The notes beneath the pieces were generated by a model, which saw only the letters and a program-made list of their open reading frames with translations, was not told the DNA's origin and did not search any database. A stretch of DNA of 64,000 nt, from positions 497,803 through 561,802 of the forward strand of contig ML996687.1 of the NCBI GenBank assembly GCA_010356995.1, written 5' to 3'. The position numbers were made by a program, and so were the translations under genes. This stretch comes from Trichodelitschia bisporula. Lineage: Eukaryota. This document shows positions 25,169 to 37,450 of the stretch, piece by piece; position 1 is the stretch's first letter, and every line of letters begins with the position of its first letter.

Positions 25169-26302
25169 GGATTGTCATGCACGGCGGACTGGCGTTCGGG
25201 ACTCTGGTGTGACATTCAGTGTGGCGAAGATATCGAACCTCAAGATGTACTAGCTTGCGGTTGATGAGTTGTCCATTTCATAACGGCCCATAGAGGTCAA
25301 TCACGTTTCATCCAAGTTCCTGTGCTCGCTTCGGTTTTCGGTTGTCTCAGGTGATGTTCGCTTATAATGCCAAGGATGTCCTAATGCGGCAGGGCACTGA
25401 TTACCCGGCACGCGCCCAACCAAGCTGCCGTCTGACTACACCTGGTAAGCGCCTGGCCACATACCTTGAGCGCAGTGAGATACTTGCCGGGGCAGATTGC
25501 AGTTGATTTACTGTCGTGTACTGACCCCTTAGCGATGGGTTCTAGTTATCTCAAATCACCCGGTAGTCATATCCTGCTTTAACATCCGGCGCACGGTGCG
25601 ATTGAGGAAGAAGATGACCAAAAGCTTTTATAAAAGCTATGTAGGGTGTAGTGAGCAGAGACTAATGTATGAGCTCCGTCAATAAAACACGTTTCGTGGT
25701 GTCAGAGGGCAGTGTTTCTCCCCCAAGATCGGGAGCTGGTTGCCAGGGGGAAATTGTGGAACTGAGGTTCCGAGCATCCCCACATTCTTGATGAGTGGTA
25801 GAGACAAATACTCGTACAAAAGTACTTGCTGGTACGGTGTTGCCCTCTCGGCGTTTGAGAAGGCGTTCAAGTGAGCGCAGCCGCAAAGCTGAATGTGTGA
25901 CGGGCTCTCGTCGCTGCGACCTCTACATCATCTCACTCACACGTCTTCTCTCCCTCAACTCCGCAACGCCACATCCTTGTTTTGTCAAAAATTTCTTCAT
26001 TGTCCACACTGCCTCCATTCACATAGAGACAAACTGGAACAAAATACCGCCAGCACGAAGCATCTCTCCACAGCCATGCAATCTCCGGAGAAGCGCTCGC
26101 GATGGGCCTCCATATTTGAGGCGCAAGAGGCTGCAGCACTCAAAGGACGTCTCGTTATGCAAGAAGAAAACACGGAAAGGTACTGAGCAATCGTGCAGCC
26201 TTTCGAGGAGACGCTGACTCGGAAAACAGAGAGAATCAAGGTGCCTCCTCAAGGCTCACAAACCTCAAGACGACGGCAGCTCCACCCAACCAGACATACA
26301 GT

Positions 26303-27220
26303 ATGTCCGACCTGCGTGCCGATTTGGAGAAATGGGGGCGCTTTTGCGCTTCTGAGGTCTCCGCTTCGCATTTCGTGCCCATGAGCTTCCAAGAGTTTTG
26401 CCAGCACCATCACAAACTCGCGGCGCAGCACAGTTTTCATCTCCGCCACCAGGCCTCGGCTCAGCCACCCACCTTTCAGTACACCCCCCTGACCAACGAG
26501 CCCATGCGGAGCGCCGTACTCAGTCAGACGACGATTTGGACCCCTGCTGCCGGCGAGGGTGGTGACCGCCAGCTGGCATACCGGCCATCGACTCAGGAGC
26601 TCGCCTGGGAGGGACAAAACCGGATCAGGAACAACCCAAACTTTCGTCATGTTCTGCCTTTGTCTCGAGTGCCGCGAGGGAACACAGTCTGGTACGAGCG
26701 ACCCTTAACGGAGGTTTTGCCACTGGACCAAGTGGGCATGGTTAGCTTCCGGGAAACCGACAACACATTCTATCCCGCTGCTGACGAGCACGAGCTGGTC
26801 GAACCGAATCTGGGCCAAGGACTTATGGATGCGCTGAATTGCAAAGACGATGGGTGCAGTCGCACTTTACGGAGCAAGCATGCGAATGCGGCGGGCTGTA
26901 AACAGGCAAACGGTATTAACCCAGAGAGCCCGGAGGAGGGGCGTGCGGAGGCGGAAAAGAAGAAGAAGAAGGGGAGGGGAAAGCGGGGGACTTGGAGGCG
27001 GGCGGAGGAAGAGAGGAAGAGGCAGGCGGAGGCCGAGAACTCCAATGAGCATGAGCTGGTGGAGCCCAGTTTGAGGGGAGAACTTAATGCTACGCTAGAT
27101 GGCAAGAACGATGTGCGGAGCGGTGTTCCGGAGGACGAGCAGCTGAATGCAGGTGTTTATGAGGAGGATAGCGGCGTCAATGCCAAAGAGCCTGGAGGAC
27201 AGGCGTGCGGCGAAAAATAA
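26303..27220 (+). CDS. Hypothetical protein with a duplicated C-terminal module and an apparent +1 frameshift; possible upstream exon from 26076
   Basis: 305-aa ORF with core RPSTQELAWEGQNR..RHVLPLSRVPRGNTVWYERP..PLDQV. The module starting EHELVEP occurs twice (26786, 27047); the basic tail of copy 2 continues in another frame to 27365. Confidence 0.55.
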   Translation: MSDLRADLEKWGRFCASEVSASHFVPMSFQEFCQHHHKLAAQHSFHLRHQASAQPPTFQYTPLTNEPMRSAVLSQTTIWTPAAGEGGDRQLAYRPSTQELAWEGQNRIRNNPNFRHVLPLSRVPRGNTVWYERPLTEVLPLDQVGMVSFRETDNTFYPAADEHELVEPNLGQGLMDALNCKDDGCSRTLRSKHANAAGCKQANGINPESPEEGRAEAEKKKKKGRGKRGTWRRAEEERKRQAEAENSNEHELVEPSLRGELNATLDGKNDVRSGVPEDEQLNAGVYEEDSGVNAKEPGGQACGEK

Positions 27221-27818
27221 GAGGAGGAATCGTAAGAAGTACGAAAAGCGGAAGGGAAGGAAGCTGGTGGCGGCTGAGGAGAAGCGGACGTCGGCTGAGA
27301 AGGAGATACAGGAGACTGAGGGCTTGGATAGGACGCCTGCAAGGCAGAGGGCCCGGACGATCTAAACGAGGACTGTGTACCATAATCGGACCATTAAAAG
27401 GAAGGCAGTTGTGCTGCCGACCAGAGGCCGAACAGAGCGGTTGAAGGCTAGGGGATTCGCTTCTCTCTCAACGACGTGCACTATTGCAATATGTACATTA
27501 GTGGACTATAATTGACGCCAACCGACATGGGGGAGGGATGATGGTCAGAGCTCCATAAGCACACCTTCTGTTGTTGCACCTTCCCTTTATTTGGTGGTCG
27601 TAGTTGCGGTAGGTGCGCCTCACTCCACCCTGGAGACAGGTGGCAAGTGAACTTCTTACGCCTCTTGTTTCTACTGGCCGCACCTGGACCTTTCGCTCGA
27701 CCATCCACGTTACATCGGTACGTTGCATTATTTGGATCGACCATCATAACCATCATTTGGAGCTTTAATTAATTTTTACCATTCTCAACTCCGACTGGTC
27801 AGCGTGCAGACCGGCGCC

Positions 27819-28118
27819 ATGTTCTCCAGGTTCAGATCTCGCACCACTCCCGACGGAATATTCGCCGAGCTGCCAGGGTTCAAACTTAGCGCCACTCCCA
27901 ACGGACTAACCATTCAGTTTCGATGCCGGGTGTTTATTTCATGGGCTACAATGATGCTCACGGGGTTTCTGATATGGGTTATGGTTGCATTCAATCTTTT
28001 CCCCCATATGCTCGGAGCCATTCTGCTTCTCGGCCACTTCAGGGATCTTCTCCGCAGGTACTTCCGGGGTCGCATAACGCACTTCAACCCGTTCCACGGC
28101 CGTGGCGATCCCTTTTGA
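27819..28118 (+). CDS. Possible small membrane protein
   Basis: ~99-aa ORF from MFSRFRSR with the hydrophobic stretch VFISWATMMLTGFLIWVMVAFNLFPHMLGAILLLG; no family recognised. Confidence 0.3.
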   Translation: MFSRFRSRTTPDGIFAELPGFKLSATPNGLTIQFRCRVFISWATMMLTGFLIWVMVAFNLFPHMLGAILLLGHFRDLLRRYFRGRITHFNPFHGRGDPF

Positions 28119-29224
28119 CCTCACCTGAACCCCGCCCTGGACTCTCTCAACGTCATCGGGCACCTAGCCCACAGACCAACTTTTTTAAAGGGCCACGAGG
28201 AATTGCCACCCCCAATACATCCGTACTTCACAATGACATCCGACCCAACCCTTCGCTCCGGACACATGTTGCGGCAAGGCTGTTGCGATTAGTACCCGGC
28301 CCGGTTTGACGTGGATGATGATCGATTTCCCCTTGCACTTTTGCCCTGGATTTCACAGAGTTTCGACGACAGCGCATGACCAGGCGTACACCGCGCCGGT
28401 TGCTGTCGAAAACCCAAATACGCGACGGGTATGGACCGAATGGCTGCCATCTCTTCCGTGGATACAATGTCTCTGCTTCAACGCATGCCGCTTTTTCTCG
28501 TTGGAAAGGGATATGGGCGCTGGGTGCCGTTCGAAGCGGGGATCACAAGTTTTTGGTATGGCCGTCGAGCATGGCTTTGGTTAAGATCATGGCGAGATTT
28601 TCAATAGAGCGTGCGGACGGACTTTGCTGCCGGTTAGAAAACTTGCTCCAGGATAGATTGTCGTGAGAGAGCGGACAAGCCTTCGGGTGTTTGACAGGTC
28701 GGACATGGAGTGTGCCGTGATATTGGAACTGAATCCAGAATTGGGTACTGAAGACAGGCCAAGACATGCCATGAGACGCAGGAGCTTACCATACTTTCGC
28801 AATTCCAAAACTAACTTCACAAGAACCAGATGTGTTCTCGTCTCAAGGAGCCCACTCCTGACGTCCCGTTAACCTCCCGCTCACCCCCTGCAAGAGCGGG
28901 CGCTAACGCCACCCAAACAGGCCCGGGGCCGCGGATCGGGTGGCTCGTGTCAAACCCCGTACCCACGTCCGGCGATCAGGTGTTCGGGAATGGGGACACG
29001 GTCGGAGCATTGTGCGGCGTAGTACTGGCCGTTTATTCGGCCTCGTGCAGGCACACATGGCACCGTGACAGCCGCGAATACGGGAAGACGGGGAGCGGCA
29101 GTGTACTCGCAAGGTCCCCGCAGCAAGCAAGCCATTCGAAGCTCTATCGTTCGTCTACCCCTCTCCAAACCCGCAGCAACATACAAGAAAGAAGCCACCC
29201 ACCCACCCATCTCTAAAACCGCTT

Positions 29225-31880
29225 TTAAAAAGCCGCCAACCGCATCAACCCATACCCAAGCGTAACCACCACCGCAAACGTAATCAAACTCGCCGGCACG
29301 CCCCTCGTAATAAAATGCTTAACCTGCAAATATCGCTGTCCCGTCTGGCTATCCTCCATCATAATTGCCGCTGTAACCATTAGCCGTTATCCCCGCAAGA
29401 GGGGAAAAGTACTCACTCATATTCGGGAACCCGCTCGTGGGCAAACCCATGGCGGCCGAGCACATCAACACCCCGCCCATGACGAGCAGATTTGGATGCG
29501 GTTCCTCCATATTCTGCCCCACCTGCTGCACGAGCGGAAGGAAAATCAGTGCCGCGACCGTGTGGCTAATGAACGTCGCGACGACCAGGATCAGCGCTGC
29601 GAACGCGACCATCGTGCCGTAAAGACTCATCCCATTCAACCGCTGCATAATAACCTCCGCCAGCGTATGCAGCAACCCCGACGAGTTTACAGCTTTGCCG
29701 AGCGCCAGCCCGCCAGCGGCGAGTATGATGATCGTCCACAGGAAGTTGTTAAAGTCCTCTTTGGTCAGGATCCCGGTGCCGAAGAAAATGACCATGGGGA
29801 GCACGGCTACGACGCCCATGTCGCCGAACACGGGCTGGAGTTGGTGCGACACGCACCACAGTCCGATTGTGACGATGGTCACGGCGCTGATGAACCACTG
29901 CATGCCAGAAAAGCGATCTTTCATCGCGCGGATCGGGACAATTGTCGTTCCGCGCCCGGGCTGGAACGTAGCCAGCAGTAACAGCCAGATGAGCACGATG
30001 CTAATTACGCAAATCGGCAGCGCGACGAAGAACCACGTCCCCCACCCCGGCGCGGGGTTCATATTCTGCAACGCAATCAGGTTCTGCGGACTGGCGATCG
30101 GACTCGCGGCGCCGCCGATGTTACTCGCGAGCGCGATGCCCATGAGCAGCGCCTTGGACATATTGCTCTCTGGTGGCAAGTTGCGTAGGATCGGCTGTAT
30201 GATGCTGTAGCACAGGACGGGGGCGGCGACGTTGCTGATCCACATGCTGGCGAACATGGCGACGAACATGCTGGTTAGCAGGACGGTGCGCGGCTTCGTG
30301 CCTGCTTTGCTGAGGACGAAGGTCGCCATCATTTTGGCGATGTTGTATTTTGAGAGTGCAGCGGCGATGGTGAACCCGCCGAGGAGGAGCATGATTACAG
30401 GGGTCCACATGGCGCTGAAGATGTAGGATGTTGCGGCTTTAGCGTCGAGGCGTGCGTGGGGCTTCTCGTCCGCGCGCACGACTTGGAGGACGACGACGAG
30501 GAAGGGGACGAGCAGCGAAGTGACGAACAGCGGAATCGCCTGTAGAACTCGTTAGTCAGTCCCTGACAGCAGTCAAATACGCACCTCAGTCGCCCACAAC
30601 AAGCTCACAAACACCACCATAGCAAGACAATTCTGCTGCTCCGGCTGCTCCATAATCGGCAGCGCAAGCAGCAGGAAAAACACCACAAAGATAACAATGA
30701 GCGTATACAGCGTAGGCGTCAACAGCCACACCGGACACGTGTACCGGCCGAGCGGCGTGCTAATCTCCTTCGTCTCCATCACCAGCTCGTCGCCCTGCAG
30801 CCGCGCATTCGCATGGTCCGGATCCGCACCCAGAATCGGGTGCCGCAGACCCATGTTCGCCGCCTGCGCTTTGCGCTCGATGCCGATCATCTCCCGCCAC
30901 ACCGTGTTGCGTTCCCACACGACGTGCTCGCGCAAGTGGAGCCGCAGTTCGCGACGCGCCTCGTCGACCTTGCCTTGCGTCACCACCGACGCGTACACCT
31001 GCTCGAGGCGGGAGATATTCCCACTAAGCCGATTCATAGTCGCAGGCTGGAACGGGTACGCCGGCTCGACATGCTTCCCAATATACCCCTCCTTCAAATT
31101 GCGATCCAGAATCTTATCAAACTTCTTCAACACCTTCGAAAACCCCGTCCGATTGAGCTGGATGAAGCTCCGCAGTTCGCACAACGAGACATAAACACCC
31201 ACAACACGCTTCTTAAGTGACACACCCGAGTCGTACAGGACGGAAAACGACATATCATTGTAATCCTCGAACACGGTGCTCGTGCGCCGGCGCGCCGACG
31301 GCTGGCTGCGCTCGTCATCCGGGCCGCCGTCGTACGACCGACTCTTCGCCAGTGCCGCGCGCTCGTCGTCCTCGTCGCTGTCCTCGTCCTCGTGCCCATG
31401 GCCCGAGGAACTTAGCGTGCTGGCGCGCCGCCGCGCGCCGGGCCGGATGCTGTGTAGGATACTCTCCGTGCGTTGGGGGCGGTCGTTGCCGCGGCTGCGT
31501 GGGGGCTGGCCCTCATTGTGTTCCTGCTGTTCCGCGTCGTAGGTCGATACATCGCGCAGGACGTCGTCGAGTTCGCCGTAGATTTCGCTCTCTTTGAGTT
31601 GGTAGAAGGAGGATATCTTCTCGAGTTCCTGGTCGAGCGCATTCTCGAACGCTTTGTCCACGTCCCCGGTAGAGCCCGTGAGCAGCGGGGAGGACTCATG
31701 GTCGGGTACGGCCGGCGCGTGATTGAGCTGCTTCTCGAAGGTGTAGATCCTGCCTCTATTAACCCCATATCCACCCACCCGACCACCACACACTTACAGC
31801 TTCTTCAAGTTACTGTACGCAATGTAATGACTGCTCCAGTCCGGCACAGCATTGAACTGCAAGCTGTGCGAGAACTTCAT
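29225..31880 (-). CDS. SPX-domain low-affinity phosphate transporter (PHO87/PHO90/PHO91 family, SLC13/DASS), 4 exons
   Basis: N-terminal MKFSHSLQFNAVPDWSSHYIAYSNLKKL (SPX), FIQLNRTGFSKVLKKFDK, HLREHVVWERNTVWREMIG, LWATEAIPLFVTS, WISNVAAP and GLPTSGFPNM. Introns near 31750-31797, 30540-30582 and 29371-29417; stop TAA 29225-29227. Confidence 0.93.
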
Positions 31881-32905
31881 GATGTTGGCGAGGGCAGTCT
31901 GCCGATCAGCGCTTAGGAGCGGCTGCCGCCTGCGGCCCCGTCGGTGTGCGGTGCGCGGGTCGGAACGGGTAGCCTTCTCTTCGTCGTAGCGGGGCTCAGG
32001 ATACCGCGGGGGCGGGAGCTCGATGAGTTCGAAGGTTTCGTCCGGGGAGGGTGGAGCATGCGCGTCCAGAGTGGGCGAGTTTGGGGGGGTGACAGTACCG
32101 CGATGGGCAGGTTGTCGGGTGAAAGGGAGCGAGCGAGAGTAGCGGGGGGATATATAAATGATAGTGGAGGAGGCTAGGGATTTTTCGTGAGGCTCTAGAG
32201 AGTGGCCTAGTGGGAAGGGAAGCGTGCTGAGGTGACAGATAGCTGATCGTGATTCGCGGTGACAGGGCTACTCGCTTCGTATCACTGGGGCCCCGTGGTG
32301 TGACCGGGAAAGGGTGCGGCAAAGTCACGGGACTGGTTACGACACTGCGGCACGCTAACTGGTTGTTGCACTTGTGGCGCATTCATATCGTCTTGCTCCC
32401 CCACATGGAGATCGATCTAGCGTCAACACCACGCACGCATTGACAGCAGATCATCAAGATAGAAGATGTCCATTTGAAGCAGCAAACAACATTTTGAGGT
32501 CCGCGCCTATGAGCTACGGGTAGTTCTGTCCTGTCGTTGTGCCACCAACAGCAATCAGTTTGGCCCTGTGCAATTACCTCATCCAGCCCAAAATTCACGC
32601 CATACATGCAGCATCCCGGGCGATCAAAGATATGGATATCAATAGGCAGATCTCAAGCCTCCGTTTCCCCTTCATGTATAGAAGTCTCTTTTCCTCTGTA
32701 TCATTGCGAAACAGCAAAATGCCACCCATGGCGTATTCCGCTCGTCCAGCCTGAAAGTGTCCCAGATTCGCCCAAACCCTCCCATCGCGACACCGGAACC
32801 CTATGCCATTAGAGCTACAAGTACAAACCAGACACCCCATCTCTATCAGAAAAGCCTCCCAGGTATTAGCTTTATACATAACCTAAACGCCAGTCCAGGT
32901 GAAAA

Positions 32906-34798
32906 CTATGCCAGACGCACAACCGACGCATGAGCGTACTCCACAGTCCCTTCTCGGGTGCTGAACCCAACAGCAATTTTCTTCCCATTCGCATCCCAAG
33001 CGAGATTGACACACCACTCGTCGGCACTCGCAATACGTCGCGTCTCCTCAGCCCACAGCGCGTTCCACGTCGCCTTGGGCAGTTGCCCGTTGTCATCAGC
33101 GCGCCACACGCCCATAGCCGTTGACCCTGCAGCGGCGAGGTAGAAGCCATCCGGCGAGAAGTCGATGGCCTGGATATCGCGCAGACCATCCATGGACAGC
33201 TTGCCCAGGTAGTCCAGGCTTGCCGCTGCCCACAGGTGCACGATGCCGTTCCCTAGCGAGGTCGCTAGCAGGCGCGGGGTCGCGGGATCAAGCGCTGCGG
33301 GGTTTGGAATTGGCTGGAACGCAAATGCAGTGATCTTCGTGGGTCGGGACGTGCCATTTTGTTGCCCCGAGGGTGGTGCTGGAGGTTGGGAGCTTGAAGT
33401 ATGGATAACGGTCATGGATGCTGAATTAAGGATACCTATCACAGTTCGTGACTGATCGACAAGTGCGACGAGACCCGATAGAGGGTCCCACTTGACCTGG
33501 CGCCAGGCATGTTCGGACTGGAGAGGCTCCAACTCTTTGATATCTTCGTTGCCCGGAGTGAGCTCAAAGAAGCGTAACCGGGGGCCACCGGTCAACACAA
33601 ACTTTGTGTCCGAAATCCAGGCTGCCTCCTCAAACTCGCCCTCGAGAGACATAAATGCTCCTGCTCTATAGTTGTTCTGAACATCATACACTCGCACCAC
33701 ATTGGTGCGGGCGCATGCGAGGTAGAGTAGCAAGTTTGAGCTCTTGCTGTACGCCAATGACGTGACAAGACCGGGCAGAGGCGGCCCTTCCAATAGTTGC
33801 GAAGTTTGACACCAGTTTGTAAGGGCGTAGAGCTGTGTGCGCATCTGGCTTGGAGGACCTCCCGAGTTGACCACAGCTACTGCGCAATTGGGAGTCGTCC
33901 AGCAAAAGGCATCCACATTCTCAAGCTGGGCCGGGAGAGCGACGTCGACGGACTTGTGTTCAAGACCGGACTCGGCAGACGACGCATCTATCCTGTTTAG
34001 TCGCAGATATCCCTTTCCCATCGACAGCAGACAGCCAGGATCATATGGCATCCATTCAAGGCGCTCCAGGTATCGGTCCGGGAGCACGTCCAGCAGCGTG
34101 GTGTCCTGGTTAAGATTTCGTGGCTCGTGGGTGTAGATGGCTCTGCTGTGGCCGGTGTCGAGGGTCGTGGCTGGTGGCGTTTCCTCAACCACGGGAGCTG
34201 GAGATTCTTCCTCGGCTGGCATAGGTGCGTGACCGTTGACATCTTCCATGGCGACATCGCCGTTTGTTACACTGGCTCCTGGTGTTTTGCGCTTCCTCGA
34301 TGGCTTACGTTGTGGTTCAGCGGCAGGTGATGTACCGTCTTCAGTGTGCGGATGGGCTTCGGGTGCTTGACTTGTAGTGCTGGAGCGAAGAGCAGCTTCC
34401 GGCGCATTCTCGTCCAGACCCGGGTGTATTGCGGCATGCTCAACAGTATGCTGGCCACTAAAGACATACCGTGCCGGTATCTAGGAGAATGAGTGTACAA
34501 CAGAAATGAAAAGAGTGGTACACACCTGTTTCGCGCGCGACTCAAGGTGGTCCAGAAACATCGCATCTTGAGCCATATTGATTAGGCAATGCTGCGGGAC
34601 ATTAGATGCGAACGGCAGGTGTTCGGGATGGCCCTCTGAACCGAGCCATTCGCGCCGGAGCCGCTCTGCCGCAGACCTGTAGCCTTGGAACGTTAGTATT
34701 TTGGTGTATCGAAGACACGTGGAGAACATACCGGCATCCTGAAGATACTTGAAGATGACAAAGTTAAGCGCGTTTGTCGTGAGTGCTTCGATGGCCAT
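32906..34798 (-). CDS. LisH + divergent WD40-repeat protein (Sif2/TBL1-like), 3 exons
   Basis: N-terminal LisH motif LTTNALNFVIFKYLQDAGYRSAAERL (introns 34684-34731 and ~34481-34525), a disordered linker, then WD-like blades (LATSLGNGIVHLW, IQAIDFSPDGFYLAAAG, LAWDANGKKIAVG). Confidence 0.65.
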
Positions 34799-35571
34799 GG
34801 CGGCGGTTGTCGTAGGCGATGGGACCGGTATGGGCACTGTTTCCGCTTTGCACCAACTTGCCGCGCCCGCGACCTCCGAGTTGCGCATATCGGAGTGCGG
34901 GGGCACAATCTTCCGTGCATCTCTTGGCAGAGGGGGCTGCGCTTGGCTCGTCGAAGGGACAACATCATCTCATCCTTGATATGTATATCTCTTGATAGGT
35001 TTGGATGACTGACAGTTCAGATTCTCCATCTTCGCCCTTCGATCATAGTTTGAGGTCGTAGAACCCTACTCTCGGGTGCTGCAAAGCTACGCATTCCCTG
35101 AGCATTCATGTCACAGATCGAAATGAAGTTTCGCTGACGCCATGTCAACTTGATCTCCGCTTCATCTCGATATCTGTTTCGTCTTCGTGGCCATGTTACG
35201 GCGGTGCTGGATGCATTGTAGACAGCGACGACCGTGCTCTACCAGATAACGTTATTCCATCTGCGCCATCCCGCCATTGCGATGAACACAGCCCCTCAAT
35301 GTAAAGAGCAACTCGAAAAATGCAAGACCACGGCCAATTGTGCCTGTTCTCTCCCTTACAAGGCGTGCTACTGTAACTTCTCCATTGCATACTCCCCCTC
35401 CTTTACCGGAGCCCCGTGGTTGGTCAGCCCCATTTTATAGAGGCGGCGGTCACGTGTCACGCGATGCACCATCTCCTGCCACGGCGCCGCAACTCTCCTA
35501 TGTCTCCTTCTGACCATTATTCTCCCAGAGCTTCCTAAGTCAACTTCACGCCCCAGCTTGCGATCTCAGCC

Positions 35572-36727
35572 ATGGCGAGAATCAACTTGCCGCCCCTCAC
35601 GCGCTCACTGCTTGTCACCCTCATCGCCTTCTCCCTCATCAATGCCCTCCTTCAGCCAGTCCGCTCGACAGCTCTCGGCGCCATAACACGCAAAGGCCAT
35701 GGCTCACCATACCTGTGCCTCGTTCCCGGCAAGTCCTTCAAGTATCCCTGGACTTTCGTCTCAGCGTCGTTCGTCGAGCAGAACGTCTTCGGCCTACTGG
35801 TCACCGGCCTGACGCTCTTCTACGGCGGTCGTTACCTCGAGCGCGCATGGACATCGTCTGAGTTTGCAAAGTTCATTGCGTTTGCGTCGCTGGTGCCGAA
35901 TGTCTTGTGTTTTCTGCTCTACGTCTTCTTTTACACCGTCAGCAGCAGCGGCCGCGCCATGTATGTGCTCCCTCTCGCCCTCTTCTCACGTAACTAACGC
36001 GCGCAGCAACACTACCATCCAGGGCGGCATTCCTCTCCAAGCGGCCTTTCTCGTAGCCTTCAAGCAACTCGTCCCAGAGCACACGGTCAGCATTATGCGG
36101 GGCGTCCTACGCATGCGCGTGAAGCACTTCCCCGCGCTGTTTCTGCTCGCGAATACAATTTCTGGAGTACTCTTTGGCACCGAGACCGCAATGTTCCTCT
36201 CCTGGATCGCCTTCCTCGAGTCTTGGGTATACTTGCGCTACTTCAAGGTCTCGCCGCTGCTCACAAGCGCTGCGACCAACGATGGGCTAACAATCCGCGG
36301 CGACGCAAGCGACACGTTCGCCTTTGCATACTTCTTCCCCGAGCCCTTGCATACGCCTATCACCGCCGTTTCGGACCAGGTGTACAATCTGCTTGTGGCG
36401 CTGCGCGTGTGCACGCCATTTTCGGCCGACGATATTGAGTCCGGCAACGAACAGGCCGTGGCGCGCGCGGAGGGCGGGCTGCCCACCATAATGACATCGC
36501 GGGGCAGCGGCCGCAGAGAAGAAGCGGAGCGCAGGAGAGCCCTGGCCCTCAAGGCCTTGGACCAGAGGCTGCACGCTGCGTCTCAAAGGGGTACCAGCCC
36601 TATGAGCTCCAGTTCAGCCGGCATCACGAGGCCGGCGCCGGCGGCGAGAGAGGAAAGCAGAGATGGCCATATCATTAACACCAACGGTACCACCGGAAAC
36701 AACTCCAGTGACGAGTCTGGCGCTTAG
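35572..36727 (+). CDS. TMEM115 / DUF1751 rhomboid-like integral membrane protein, 2 exons
   Basis: Intron 35961-36006. Motifs YPWTFVSASFVEQN, GRYLERAWTSSEFAKF, FLVAFKQLVPEHTV, WVYLRYF, RGDASDTFAFAYFFPEP and EAERRRALALKALDQRL. Confidence 0.85.
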
Positions 36728-37450
36728 TTGATGTTGGTTTAGTATCACTCGAGTGCGCCAGCGAGCCTTCCTTTGTACTCTACGGTGAATTTAACGGTGA
36801 AATCAGGCGTCGGGGCACGGCGTTGGAAAAGGATACCACAGGCCTGGACGGCTGATCTGACGGTTTTCTGTACTTTGTACTGCATGTGCTGGATCTGGTT
36901 CCGGAGCATTATGCGTTAGTGTTGCGTACGTTGCTGGATAGTCGAGGCGGTAATAGGTGGAGGTTGGAGTACAGTGCTGGCAGTGGGCTTATGATTTCGA
37001 ATCCGTAGAGTCTCGTCGAATCAACATGAGCTCTTTGGGCAATGTTACCGTTGTCTTGACATCTAAATCAACCCGAAGGAACTTGTTAGAAGTTGTCCAG
37101 TGCGAGCAGGAGGGCTGTCGCCATCAATATTCCACTGATATGGAGCCGACATCTACCCACCAGGTTAGATTCTCCATTAGAGCCTTTCTTTGCCAGGCTA
37201 CATCCACCCTCGCAAACTCGTTATATCTTCATATTCTTTTGTCCTGCATGTTGGCCGCATAAATTGTGCATGAATGATGCATGAAACGCCAGCATCACAA
37301 ACAAATCGATGCCGAGGTTTTCCCGTTCCCTGATCCTAGACAGTGGCCAGGTGTATCTTTATGGCGCGGAGGTGTCAGCGCCCGCCAGAGCTTCCTCCGC
37401 TCTCCAATGCCGCTGTCAATGTTTCGTCTTCGGGGATGCTGACTTTTCGC

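Noticed and set aside
31881..32900. Pho4/NUC-1 CACGTG sites upstream of the phosphate transporter
   Set aside because: No CACGTG found on reading this interval.
34470..34480. Apparent 11-nt microexon in the LisH/WD40 gene (GTATGT donor-like site)
   Set aside because: The frame reads straight through (IPARYVFSGQ...) into the long exon, so no extra intron is needed.
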